Translations under genes and position numbers: made by a program
From: Azolla caroliniana
Taxonomy: Eukaryota; Plantae; Polypodiophyta
Reading direction: 5' to 3'
DNA: 64,000 nucleotides
NCBI GenBank assembly: GCA_043228905.1
Contig: JBHGNT010000015.1
Coordinates: forward strand, 5,766,001-5,830,000
Notes under the pieces: generated by a model
What the model saw: the letters and a program-made list of their open reading frames with translations, nothing else
Told to the model about the DNA's origin: nothing
The model's database searches: none
Shown here: piece after piece, positions 51,501-64,000 of the stretch
Position numbering within the stretch: position 1 is the stretch's first letter
Layout: each line of letters begins with the position of its first letter

Positions 51501-54290
51501 CTTCTCTGTGATTTTTGTGTTGTATTTTTTTACAAACACCAATGGGCGTGAGTGACCATGTGCGGTCCTCATTGGAGACACGGACACCAATGGGTGAAGG
51601 AGTGCAAGTGAAGTGGTCGACGCGACTTCTTCTAATTATGAGAGGATAAATAGTCGAGGTTGACCCAAGACATGGCACAAACAGTACCGCTAGCGAGAAA
51701 CCCACGCAATCCCCACCATGAAAGTGAGTGGTTGTGACCCCCACTGAAACTAGAAGGTTAGCGATCGAAATCGGTCCTTGCCAACAGAAAGTGGCGCGAG
51801 ATTTGAACTATAACGAGAATGTAGTGCAAGCGAGCAATGATCCAATCCCCACCAGGAAAGTGAGCGGTTTTGACTCCCACCGGAACTAGGAAGGTGAGTG
51901 ATCGAAAGCACTCCTGACCGAAACCGCGATGCAAAATGATACCTAAAAATGATGACAAGTAGTGTTGATGATGGTAACTTTGGAAGCAAGGACGGTGATG
52001 ATGGTAACTCTAGAAGCAAAGGCGATAACAAAGACGGGTGGTGCTCCCAATTGGAAGGAATTCAAACTATCAAGAGTGCAAATCTTGTCATGATTGTTGT
52101 CATGTCTGTGACATGCGACCCTATCTAGCTAGGGCCCAACATCGTATTCAGGTGTTGACTGACCACAAGAAACTCATCTTCTTCACCACCACTCGTATGT
52201 TGAATCGTAGGTAAGATCACTGGTCATTTTTCTCGCCAACTACAAGTTCGAAATCTTGTTTCGACCCTGCGTTCAACATAGGAAGGCGGATGCTCTCTCT
52301 CGGCGACCTGACTTTGCACTACGCCCAAGTGACGACACATATTCTTAGCAATCACATTGTTTATTGTGGCCCGATCAACTCCACATGTTTGCAACCTATA
52401 TGTTGCATGATGATTCCTTGCTCAACGAGATCGCACAAGCAACCACGTCGGACCCTTTCGCTACTGACATCATGGCGTGCCTCAACAACCCATCCCACGA
52501 AATGCAATGTTCGGATCTCAGTCACTTTACAACTCAAGATGGGCTACTCTATCGTAATCACCTCGTTTACGTACCAACTGGCACATGTCGCATCCGAGTA
52601 CTACAAACTTGCTACAATGATCCTCTTGTCGGACACTTTGGGGTCGCAAAAACGTAGGCGTTGCTGTCTCGAGGGTTTTGGTGGCCCCAACCTTGGAAAT
52701 TAGTCAAAGAAATTATTAAAACTAGTGACGTCTGTGCTAGCTCCAAAGCGGCTCACCATCATCCATACAACGTTCTACCCCCACTTCTAATTCCCAGTCG
52801 ACCTTGGGCATCTATTTCCATGGACTTTATCATCGACCTTCCTCGGGTCAATGAACATGACACGGCACTAGAGGTCGTTGATCGGTTTTCGAAGATGGTT
52901 GACTTTGTCTCATGTTTGAAAACCATTTCGGGGGAGGAAACAGAGCTGACCTTTTTCTGAAAAATGTCGTCTGATTACATGGTTTCCCTAAGTATGTCAC
53001 TTCTGATTGAGGTCCTCAATTTATCTCCCACTTCTGGCGCCGACTTCTACAGACATTCGAGACTTCTGTGAACTTGTCAACCGTGCACTACCCTCAAACT
53101 GATAGCCAAACTAAAAGAGTCAACCAAATCCTCGAACAATACCTTCGGTGTATAGTCAGCTACCAATAAGATGATTGGGTGGACTTCCTTGCCATGGCAG
53201 AATTTGCCTACAATAATAGTATCCATGCCTCAACTAAGGTTTCCCCATTCTTTGCAAACTACCCTATTCACCCTCATTTCAGCATTTCCATTTCGGAGAT
53301 TTCGGTCAATCCGTCGGCCGAGAGGCGTGCCCACACCTTACAAGATATCCATCGTCACATATCCCTTGAGCTCCGTGCCACTGACAAATAGTATAAAGCT
53401 CACGCTGACCGACATCGCTTGGTCACGCCAACCTTTGTAGTCGGTGACATGGTTTGGCTGCTATGTCGCCCCATTGCAACCACCCGTCCCTGTGCAAAGC
53501 TCAACTACAGAAAGCTAGGACCCTCCCTTATTCTCGAGCGCGTTAACCCAACGCCTTCCGGTTAGCGCTTGCCCCCACATTTCGGCTTCACAACGTTTTC
53601 CATATCTCTGTCCTCGAACTCTACCATCCTTCTCGCATTCTGGGATGACAACCTCCTCCGCCGCCACCCGTGGAATTATCGACAGGTGAGGAGTGAGAGG
53701 TTGACCGGATTCTGGACTCCCACTTGCGTCGATGAAGACTTCAATACTTGGTCTTATGAAAATGTTACTCTCTTTCGGACGCCACATGGGAACCACTTAC
53801 ACATTCACAAAATGTGTCGGAGGTCGGAGGTAATGATACCCTCATAAACCGACCGCGGGTGTTAGAATGCATCCTTAGAAGGAGGATAATGTCATAGACA
53901 TATGCCACAGAGGAAGGTATGGATTGAACCCAAGACCTCATGGTCTTTATTAGCCAACCCTACAAATTGAGCTACATATGCATCCTTGTACCAAATTGAA
54001 CTTCATGTAGTGTAGATTGAACTTTGGAAGTTCCTAGCTTGCATGCATCCTCATTTCTAGCTTGCACACATTCTCATGCATCCTCTATTGCATGAACCCT
54101 CATGCATTCTCAGATATTTCTAGCTGGCTTATATAGCCCTACCTTCTTATATAAATACTCAGGTGCACCTTGATTCTAATCAAGGTGAGGAACACCAGTT
54201 ACAGATTTTATAAGTTGAGTTCTTGTTCTTTTACTCTCTCTTGTTTTCTAGTCTTGTCTTCGTTGTGCTCTATTATACTTGTCCGTGACA
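45578..54290 (+). mobile_element. Tcn1-like chromovirus Gypsy, probably chimeric
   Basis: LTRs 45578-45949 and 53890-54290 with no matching TSD. PR LLDSGAS, RT YLDDI, IN SISMDFI, degenerate chromodomain near 53690-53800, PPT 53877-53889. Confidence 0.85.
47423..51535 (+). mobile_element. Copia-E (Bryco-like), 5'-truncated, internal deletions
   Basis: gag C-terminus, WYVDSG, HSDVWG, YVDDL, RH, PPT near 51160-51172, 3' LTR from 51173. Confidence 0.9.
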
Positions 54291-54792
54291 CATCCACAAA
54301 TAAGGGTGAATGTAATACGCAATTGAGGTATTGACCTCCTATGCACACGACACGAATCACATATCAATATATGTCAAATGAGGTATTGACCTTATACACA
54401 TGTAAACGTTTTATACAACCAATTAATTACCACTACAACATCAATGAATCAATGGAAACATGTTCGCGTTCAGAAGTGGAAGGATAGGGAATTTTCCATT
54501 AGATTTTAGGGTTTTTTTAACCATCTCACAAAAAAAATGATACCTGTATCACATGTGCTCAAAGACTCAAAGGACAAGCTTAAAATATCACCATGTCATA
54601 AAATTGAAAATTCACAAAATTAGACAAATGGAAGAATTTTACAACATGTTTTTTATCATAAAAATAACAACTCATGTTGTTTATATAACAAACAATATTC
54701 ACAATGAGCGATTGATTTAAAAACAATTAAGCTTTATATCATTTGAGTTCTTACAAGCTTATACTGTTAACTGTTCATGCCAAAAAATTCAA

Positions 54793-57700
54793 TCAAGAGT
54801 TATTCCTCCCATACGAATCACTACTATAGAGCCTAGTATACAATGGTGATTCATCCTCTTCATCATCAGATGTACCAATCAAAACATTGTGTTCATCTAA
54901 AAGGAAATGTTGTGACTCCAAATCATGCGTAGAAGATCTGGTCTGCCTTCGATCTGAGAAGCCTCGTAGGCTTGGCAATTTCTCTTTTATTATGTCTATT
55001 GTTGACTTCCTTAAGCGTTCAGCTTTTGTTAGTGTAAAGTCGTGCACAATGATATCCACATCTTGCATGTCAAGGGTCAATGTGTTACGTATATTTCTTT
55101 TCTGCTTTCTATTTCCTCTTGATGTTGGGCATTCCATCATCTCCAATGTATACTTGACTGTAAATGCATTCTTGCTTTTTGTGCTATACCAATGCACCTT
55201 TGTAGACTTTAGCTAATTTTGGTTTTCATGCATCACCCTATCCAATACTTTACCAATCCAAAATTGGTGCCCCATGTCATTGTCATGGGCACGTGTGACA
55301 ATCAACATGCCAACCTTTATTTATTGCGTGTTTCCTTGCCAACAGGCTTCTACTGCTTTTGTCATCCTCAGTCCCACATAGATGTCTCTGTGTTGTGGAT
55401 GGAGCAAGTTGTCAAGATCCACATTCGTTGCACAAGGTGAAGTTTGAGAATTAGGCGTGTGTTGTACGGACCATGTAAATGGTATTTGCAAGGGCCAAAT
55501 ACTAGTGAAGTAATTATCAATAATTCCTTGTTGATCACTAAAGAACATGTCCCACCATGAGGCATCTTGTAGTCGAACATACTTCTTTGCATTATCAATG
55601 TGCTTCCTTTTGTCCTATAAGGCTTGCATCCGAAAATTCCTTTGTTCATCTACCAAATCACTGTGCATTTCCTTTTTAAACTCAATTGGCATTTGTTTTG
55701 CACCATGAATAGTAGTTACAGATGGCATATGAAGCAAGAGCTAGTAACCGCCTTCTGGCTCGCACTGTGGGGAGGATGAATATTGCTTTGCATGCAACAG
55801 TGTACAACCACTTATATCGTTTTTCTTTATGAAGAACACTGTTACCGGCCGGCAAAGGAGTCCAGAGTGGGAAACAGAGAGTTAATTAAGTAGTAGGAAT
55901 GTGGTTGTAATTATGCTATGAGTGTGGACGGACGGACCGGAAACGGTATGCCGTTCCGGATCCGGACCGATCCCGAATAGGTGCGGATGGCACCGTTTTG
56001 TAATACAGACCGGAAACCTATTTAAAGGCCCGGATACAATGTAATAGTTAGTGGTTAATTAATGAAAGCTTAAGCGTTGTTATCTCTCTCTGTTAATTGC
56101 CGTTCTGTCTTAATTGTTATATCTTACGCGTGTTATGAAAGAAGATCCTAATAAGTAACTTAATTAAGTCGGATTAAGCGTTGAAGTCTAATCTGGTTGC
56201 CGTAACACCCTTTGGTGAAGTGTCTCCCGTAGACACCCTGTGTTAGGTCATTGTCCGGCCCGAAGAGTTAACAAACACATGATTGAAGCTAATATTGTTT
56301 AATTGGGCTAACACTTTCACATTCTCCTCCCCAGCATCTGCTATGTATCTCTTAAAGTCGTATATCTCCTTTAAGTGGAGCAAATTCAGATGTGGCGTAT
56401 ATGCATCACAAATGACGTCACAACTGTCTAGAGAATGTACTGAACATTTGATCAATATGGTCATGTGTGTGACCAACCAGAAGGAAGTTAACTTTAACTT
56501 TCCTAAACACTCCTTGTTCCACCAACATGCTCAAATATCTGAAGATAGTTGAATTCTTGTTCTCCTTAGCAGTGTTGTCCAATTGAATGTAGAGAATAGG
56601 GGGCAATGGGTGCCCCCAATTCATCAGAACACTTTGAATCACAGTAATTGTTAGATTGGGGTCGTTGTGGACATTCGGGTAAGTAATGAAGACATGAGGT
56701 TTAACTATCCCATTATAAGCCAAACAACCCACCAAGTGCATCTGAACGAGACATTTGTCGTTGATGTCTTTCGGAAGCCTCCTAAGGTGAGGTAGACACG
56801 ATTTCTTCTAGTCCATACCGTCAATCATTAGACACATATATTGTTCTGGTTTCTTCATCGCCTTCTCTCTGTGGTGCATTGCTTTTTTGCGCTCCAGTGT
56901 TTGCGCTTCTCGATGGTCCTGTAACAATTGTTTATTGATGTTCTTCTGCTTTGTTGTTTTAGCACCTTAGTCATGCTGTTGAGGTTTGCACAAATAAAAC
57001 AATACCCCATGCGTAGTTTCTGAGGTATGCCAACGTTAGTGAATTGTGTTGACCACAATCTTGTGAACTGACTGTAGGTGACATATTTATCACTTGACAT
57101 TAACATATCCGATCTGTAAGCATCATATACTTCTCGTCGTGTGTAATTATCTGAAAGATGCAACCTATCGGTAGTTGGCATTACTTCACAATTAAGGTTG
57201 AAGTAGTTCTTCATCCAACGGATTGCATTTCTTCCGGATGCACCCTTCATACTTGGAACTTCACCGCCATCGACATTGAGATCACCATTGAGAACTCGTT
57301 GTTGCACTCTATGTAATCTCATGTTGCTAACACATAACGAAATCTTGAATGCCATTGTACAACATTGTAGTCCATAGAAGATATAATACTTAAATGAGAT
57401 CTTAATGTCGGAGAATATGTCCTTTACCATCTGCATCTTTGTTGCAAGATAAGTGTCTTGATCATCAGTAGTGAGTGAGAAATAGTATCACCTTAATGAC
57501 CGTAACTTATCCTTTCCAATAGCAGACATGCACCCACGTGCACAACAATCTTTGCTGATATCTACTCTGAGTTGGTTCTCAGATGTCACAAGGGCAAACC
57601 TATCTCGGTTGTTTCGATGTGGAACCCTCGTAAAATGCATAGGGCTTGCCGATTGGATTTCTTCTACACATACATTTGTTGGCTCATTTTGTTTGTTTAC

Positions 57701-57961
57701 TTTGGAATGTGAAACAACAACAACACTTGTGGGAGCTTGATTGTCATTCTCTTCATAGGTTAGATCCTCATTTCAGTTGTACGCATCAATCGAGAACTCA
57801 TGACTTAGGGCGATAGTTGATGGTGACTGAGTATTTGGTGACCACCCGCAATATTCTTCGACAAAAAAAGGTGATCCTATCGAAATCGGATATTCGTCCA
57901 CCGAAAATGGTGAGTTTTGGCTCATTTTCTCAACCTCCGAAGATTTTGTCAAACGATTCAC
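54793..57961 (-). pseudogene. DDD/E transposase pseudogene, Sola-like (inferred)
   Basis: LYIQLDNTAKENKN and FLLVGHTHDHIDQMFS motifs, C-x2-C upstream. Split by stops and a solo LTR. No TIRs found. Confidence 0.75.
55840..56273 (+). mobile_element. Solo LTR of Gypsy-1 family, TSD AACAC
   Basis: TGTTACC...GTTAACA ends. AACAC at 55835-55839 and 56274-56278. Confidence 0.93.
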
Positions 57962-58482
57962 TATTGTTCAAATGAGGTGTTGTTGTACAATATAAGAGAG
58001 CATATAACAAATGACTGAAGCTAAACACATACCTATAAATATAGAAATATAATTTAAGACAAAGCACATTATATATATAAATATTTTTATTATAACTATA
58101 CATAACTAACTAACTATATAACTATATGAGGTCAAGTTATTACTAACCACACCTAATATTTTGTGCCCTATATATAACCGTGCTTTTTATTTTTTCCCCA
58201 CAAAGCATGAGAGAGAACACGACAGCGTAGAGCCCACAAACGTATCAAACCAACGAGCGAGAGAGGAGAGCGTACAACCAACAAGCGTGAAAATCCACGA
58301 GCGAGAGAGGAGAGCCTCACCGCCGCAGCGACAACGCAGAAGACAACACCACCACCGCAGCAACCATGTCTTCGAAGAAGATATCCCGATTGGATTCTAG
58401 GTACGAAACCCTAATCTGTACAGACACCGTCTCCTTCATATCGTTCTCCCTGTATGGAAATCTGAGCACCCCTTTAGACCCA

Positions 58483-58915
58483 AACTCGATACTTGGTATC
58501 GAGTTTCTCTACCGTTAGACGAAAACTCGATACTTGGTATCGAGTTGCTTCCCCTTTAGACCACAACTCGATACCAAGTATCGAGTTGCTCTGCCTTTAG
58601 ACCCCAACTCGATACAATGTATCGAGTTTCTCTACTCCTTGGCCCCAACTCGATACTAGGTATTGAGTTGCTACCCCTATGTATACAAACTCGATACCAA
58701 GTATCGAGTTAAAGCCCATATGTGGAACAACTCGATAACATGTATTGAGTTTGTATACATATGGGCCCGAACTCGATACCAAGTATCGAGTTGAAGCCCA
58801 TATGTGGAACAACTCGATAACAAGTATCGAGTTTGTATACATATGGGCCCGAAACCAATACCAAGTATCGAGTTTCTATACATAGGGGTAGCAACTCCAT
58901 ACTTGGTATCGAGTT
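58483..58915. repeat. 11 x 23-bp palindrome AACTCGATAC-N3-GTATCGAGTT with 18-bp spacers (41-bp period)
   Basis: Unit starts at 58483, 58524, 58565, 58606, 58647, 58688, 58729, 58770, 58811, 58852 and 58893. Confidence 0.95.
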
Positions 58916-59117
58916 GGTATACATATGTGCTACAATTTACATGTTTATTGTCCTATAATACTAGATCGGGCATAAAAATCAAAGCTTTTTAGCTTTAGGT
59001 TTTAGATGTTATTTTGGAAATTTTAAGCCAAATGACCCATTTTAGGCATACAAATAACCTGATGAAGTCTTTCTAAAACTCATAGTGCCAATTTCCTAAG
59101 TCTCCCTATTTTATTAT

Positions 59118-61539
59118 TGTAAACGATTACTTGCGGAAGCGTTAGAAACAGAGAAACTAGGGAATACACAGGGTACGTGGGAGAGACAAAGAGAGCAGAA
59201 CGTAAAAGCTATATTCAAAAGCGATATATGCCTCTCTTCTTTACAATTGTACTCAGTAGCACTATTTATACAAGTCCTCATGGGACTGACAGAAGTACCG
59301 CGTACTTCAATGCTCACACGAGCTTCTGACATTTACTACGAGACTATAATTGCCTAGTAGTCTAAACTAATACTAGGCTTCCGGTTACCGATTGTACCCG
59401 ACTAACCGGCTCCCCAGCTCACCGGCTCTGTTGCTTGCCGGCTTACCGATCCGTCTCGCTTGCCAGCTCAGGCTTATTCAGCCGATCCGGCTCCAGTTGA
59501 TCTTGCCGCTTCAACACTCCCCCTCAAGCTCAACTTGAGGTTGGATCCTAGTGTTAGTCTCTGTGGCAGTCGGTTCTTCCAACCGACTTCTCCTGGCGTC
59601 GCTACGCCTTGCTCGCGCTCCTCGTCCGGTCTGGTTCTGTTTGCCGCGACCCCTCTTGTTCTGCGCACCTCGACCTACTCGATCAATATGTCTGCTCAAT
59701 AGGCCCCTCTCAGCTCCTTCGCTGCTATGACTCTGGTGCTTATCGATCCGTTGGTTCCTCCGCGATGGCATCAACTTCCGCTACATCCATGTCTGCTTGG
59801 CCTTGAATTGATCCGATTCTTCTGAATTTGTCTTTTGAACCGAATCGACTGTCTCCGATTCGTTCCAGCTCTTGTCCGAATCGGTTGCTCTCGATTCATC
59901 TTCTGGTTCCAAGCCCTTCACCACATCGGACCATGTCTGGGTCTTGGCCTTCTTCCTTCGGTCGGCTCTATCCTTCTTGACTCTGCCACCTTCTATTCTT
60001 CCCTCACCGGCGTAATCGACAATCTCTTTGCCTTTGCCCGTTCCGGTGTCTTTGCTTGTTCTCCCCCTCAAGTGTGGCACGTCGAGATGTTGAACACCAA
60101 GCATTTCGGTGAAGTACTGCAACTTGTCTGATCTGAGTGTCTTGGTGAAGATGTCAGCTACTTGCCGATCCGTGTGAACATACCGTAGTTCAACTTCATT
60201 GCTTAGGACCCGCTCACGCACAAAGTGATAATGCACTTCTGTGTGCTTCGTGCGAGCATGGAACATAGGGTTCTTGGCGAGTTGCATGCTACTTATGTTG
60301 TCGCAATAGACCAAAATCGGAGTCGGTACCTCGATCCGTAAGTGTTGCAGCAGTCACCGAAGCTAGTTGGCTTTACAGGTGGCAATGGTAGTGCCCCGAT
60401 ACTCAGCCTCAGTGCTCGACAGAGCAACTGTTGGCTGTTTTTTGCTGCTCCACGCAACAATTGCGCTACCTAGGGAAAACATGTAACCAGAGGTTGATCA
60501 GAGATCTGATGCATCGTCGGCCCAGTCTGCATCCGTGTAACCGACGAGCTCTTCGGGTATACCGCGCCGGTATAACAGGCCCTGGTCCTTCGTGCCGCTG
60601 ACATACCGCAATATCCTTTGCGCGCATTGAAGGTGCTCCACGGTCGGCTTCTACATGAACTGACTTATCATTCCGACTGGATAGCTGATGTCAGGGCATG
60701 TGATAGTTAGGTAAATAAGGCTTCGGACAATTTGTTGGAACCGTTGCTCGTTGTAGGCCGGTTCGGAGTTGGGACGAAGCTTCTGGTTCTGGTCCAAGGG
60801 TGTGGAGACAGGTCGGCATTCTGTCATGCCAAACTTGTACAACATATTCAAGTCGTAATGTCGTTGTGAGAGCAATATACCGGAGTCGGACGTACACCGA
60901 TCTAACTCATCGTTGCCGAATTCAAATTCCTGCATCTTCTTCTTCCCCTTCTCTTTGCGCGTGAACCGTCTCCTCGGTTCCTTGTGCAGGGAGTGCATGG
61001 CACAGTCTCCACTACTCGCCGGTCCCTCATCGGACTAGTCAGATTGACTCAGTCTCTCGTTCGGCCCACTCAACCGGAACGATTCCGGACCCTCATCCTG
61101 AGTCCACGCTTCATCATCGTCTACCTGCGCCGGTTCAGAATTACTAGCCTCATCCATCGGCATCAGGTCATATTCGGAAGTCGGAGTCGGTAAGGACTAC
61201 CATGATGCCGATTCATCAAACTCGAGATCTCGACTAACTTGGACCTGCTTTGTCTGGGGGTTATAACACTTATAACCCTTTTGCTCTTGAGCATAGCCGA
61301 CTAGGATGCATTTTTCCGATTTTGCATCCAGCTTCCACTGTTTCTCATCCGGTACATGCACAAATGCAATGCTACCGAAGATCTTAAGGTGTCTCAAATT
61401 CGGCTTCCGCCCGAAATACAGCTCGTGAGCTGACACCTTGTCACCGATCTGGTTCTGGATGTAGGCAGCCGTTCGGACTGCCTCTGCCAAGTAGAATTTG
61501 GGCATGCTCTTCTCCTCCAGCATTGCCCTTGTCACATCG
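59118..61539 (-). mobile_element. Copia-F (Bryco-like), most of RT deleted
   Basis: 3' LTR 59118-59516, PPT, RH. IN C-terminus fused to late RT near 60885. Cut by Copia-G. Confidence 0.9.
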
Positions 61540-64000
61540 TGTTCAGAGACAAGCTCAACATCGGCCGGATCGGCTGAAGAAGCCGAGGACCGGATCGGTT
61601 GGGACCGATCGGTTAAGCCGGTGTGTAAACCGGGAGGCCGTTAGGAAAGATATTCCGTGAGGAATATATTTGGGAGTTAGTGTAGGAGCTCTCAATGAGC
61701 ATTGAAGTACTGTCAGTACTTCTGTCAGTCCTTCTAGGACTTGTATAAAAGTGTTCATTGAACACACATATGAGTAGAGTAGTGAATCGAGATTGTGTAT
61801 TATTTTTAGTTGAATATAGTTCTTGTTTCCTCTCTTTGTCTCTCCCGACGTATACTGTGTAAGCTCAAGCTCTCCATTAAACCTGAGTGTTCTTCCTTCT
61901 GTTCTGTCTTCATACTTGCTTCCGCACGCTACTTTTTACATGGTATCAGAGCACGAGGGTTGAGAACCTCTCTGCAGCCGACACAGCTTGACGAACAAGA
62001 ACAAGAAGAACGATGGATAGAGGCATGGCAAGCTTGGTTCCAACAGAGAAGCTCGACAGAACCAACTACGCGTCTTGGTCCTACAAGATGCACCAGTACC
62101 TGCTTGGGCACGGCTACTGGAGTTATGTCGAAGGAGCTAATGATGTGGCACCCGAATCGACACACAGAGACTTTCTGTCGTGGGAGCAATCGGTTTGCAG
62201 GGTATTATACTGCTTCGCGTCGTGTGTGGGCGAACAGCTATTGAGCTATGTTCGGGATGGAAAGACGCCGAAGGGTGCGTGGGAAAATCTGAAGAAGATC
62301 TTCGCTGCGAGCACCACAGCCAGGAAGCTTCAGCTCCGACAGGAGTTGAGCAACCTATGACAACACGACTTGTCGGTGGAGAACTATACCTCGAAGATCA
62401 AGGATATCTGCGACTCCCTTGCCTCCATAGAGGTGAACATCGAGGAGAGCGAGATGGTCTAGATCTGTCTCGGAGGTTTGGCGTCGAAGTTCGGAGCGTT
62501 CCGAACGGCTATGTGTACCCGGGAGAATACGTCGTCCTTTTTCGACCTACAGTCGATGCTCCTGGTAGAGGAGAACCACGCGGGTGTGTCGACGAGCACG
62601 CACACCGACAGCAAGATGTTGTACACGGAGGGAGAAAGGCCACGTGGTCGTGGCGGACGAGGCGAGTCGGTACGCAATGGAAGCAGTCGACGAGATCAAG
62701 GAAGAAGGCACCGAAGTGATGCCGACAGCAACTCCGGACCCTCCGGAAACAGGGGGAGTCGAAGCGATGGGAACCGGCAAGGGAAGGCCATCGCGGAGTG
62801 CTGGTACTGTGGCAAGAAAGGCCATAGGGAAAGTGAGTGCTGGAAGAAGCGCGCCGATTTGGAGAGAACCGGTTCCGAAAACGGCTCCGGACATACCGAC
62901 AAGGGAAATCGGCAGCAATCGCACTATGCCGAAGACTCCGGGAGAGACGGAGAATGGTCTGCCTTCGTGACGAGACACGAAGCAAACTCAATGAAATAGA
63001 CCACCCCGAGATCGGATGAGGTGTGGTACGTTGACTCCTACGCGTCAAACCACATGATGAGCCATAAGGAGTGGTTCTCGTACCTGGAAAAACCGATACA
63101 ACCTGGAGTAGTCGCAACTGGAGACGACACTCCGCATCCGATCGCGAATATCAGAGAAGTTCCCCTTAGCCATGTTGGGCAGAAAGGGAAACTCATGAAC
63201 GTGTTGCACGTTCCGACAATCACGAAAAACTTGGTCTCGGTCGGACAGATCATCGACCAAGGGATGGAGGTTCGGTTTACACACCTCGGGTGCTTCATTG
63301 AGGAAGAAGGCCGTGTGATTGCGCAAGGGCGCAGAGACGGGAGGATGTTCATCCTCGATTCCACTGACGGTGGCACCGCAATGTTCGCAAAGGGAAGAAA
63401 AAACCGAGTCGGACATCGACTTGTGGCACAAGCGGATAGGCCACGTCAACTACCAGCGGCCTCAAGATCTACCATCGATTTGTGAAGCCTGCCAGCTCGG
63501 GAAGCAACACCGACTTCCCTTCCCCAACGAGCGAAACCGGAGCCGGAACAAGCTCGACCTTATACACTCCGATGTATGGGGGCCGGCACAAAATGTTAGT
63601 CTTGGCGGGAGCCGATATTTCGTCTCCTTCATCGACGACCACACGTGGCACACGTGGATCTACCTCATTGAGAGGAAGAGCGAAGTCTTCGACGGCTTTC
63701 GGGACCTCAAAGGGTTCGTGGAAACGGAAACGGGATGAAAAATCAAGTGCCTGCGGTCGGATGGCGGGAAAGTACTTTTCCGGTCAATTCAACGGTTACC
63801 TACAACAAATGGGAATTCGCCGCGAATTCAGTTGTAGATACACGCTGGAGCAAAACGGCGTGGCCGAGAGGAAGAATCGGTCAGTTGTGGAAGCGGCACA
63901 GACAATGTTGGAGGAGAAGAGCTTGCCCAAGTTCTATTGGGCCGAGGCGGTAAGGATTGCGGTATACATCCAGAACCGGATCGGAGACAAAGTGTCGGCG
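61540..64000 (+). mobile_element. Copia-G (Bryco-like) 5' half
   Basis: LTR 61540-61940, PBS 61941-61952, gag from 62013, CWYCGKKGHRESEC, PR WYVDS, IN HSDVWGP. Confidence 0.93.

Noticed and set aside
58483-58915. CRISPR array
   Set aside because: Eukaryotic TE context, no cas genes, and spacers are only 18 bp and related to each other.
58985-59005. Degenerate telomere-like TTTAG repeats (also near 54504)
   Set aside because: Too short and imperfect in AT-rich DNA.
54291-59117. TIRs/TSD for the DNA transposon
   Set aside because: No convincing inverted pair found by eye. The ends were probably lost to flanking events.
62459-63449. Antisense ORFs over gag/pol (and many similar ones elsewhere)
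   Set aside because: Shadows of TE coding strands with no independent motifs.

Overview
This is eukaryotic, almost certainly plant (moss-like, inferred from TE families) heterochromatin. I found no host genes; nearly the whole window is a nest of decayed transposons with many CpG/CHG-type nonsense mutations. Contents: about 8 copies or fragments of one Copia group with tRNA-iMet PBS (Bryco/RLC5-like, inferred); Tnt1/Tork-like Copia fragments plus a solo LTR; an Athila/Tat-related Gypsy with an extra 3' ORF plus a solo LTR of the same family; two copies of an unusual Gypsy (Ylt1/Selgy-like, inferred); two chromovirus-type Gypsy remnants; and a Sola-like DNA transposase pseudogene. The most notable signals are four. 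(1) An 11-unit, 41-bp-period palindrome/spacer array with flipped spacers upstream of the transposase. (2) The unusual Gypsy has a tRNA-Trp PBS, a 4-bp ACGT TSD, two independent insertions next to the Copia protease active-site codon, and a slippery site plus pseudoknot after PR. (3) A (TTTAGGG)3 patch replaces about 100 bp of integrase. (4) The Copia group has a duplicated PPT enclosing a charged C-terminal Pol extension. All coordinates were read by eye, and lineage names are inferences that were not database-checked.
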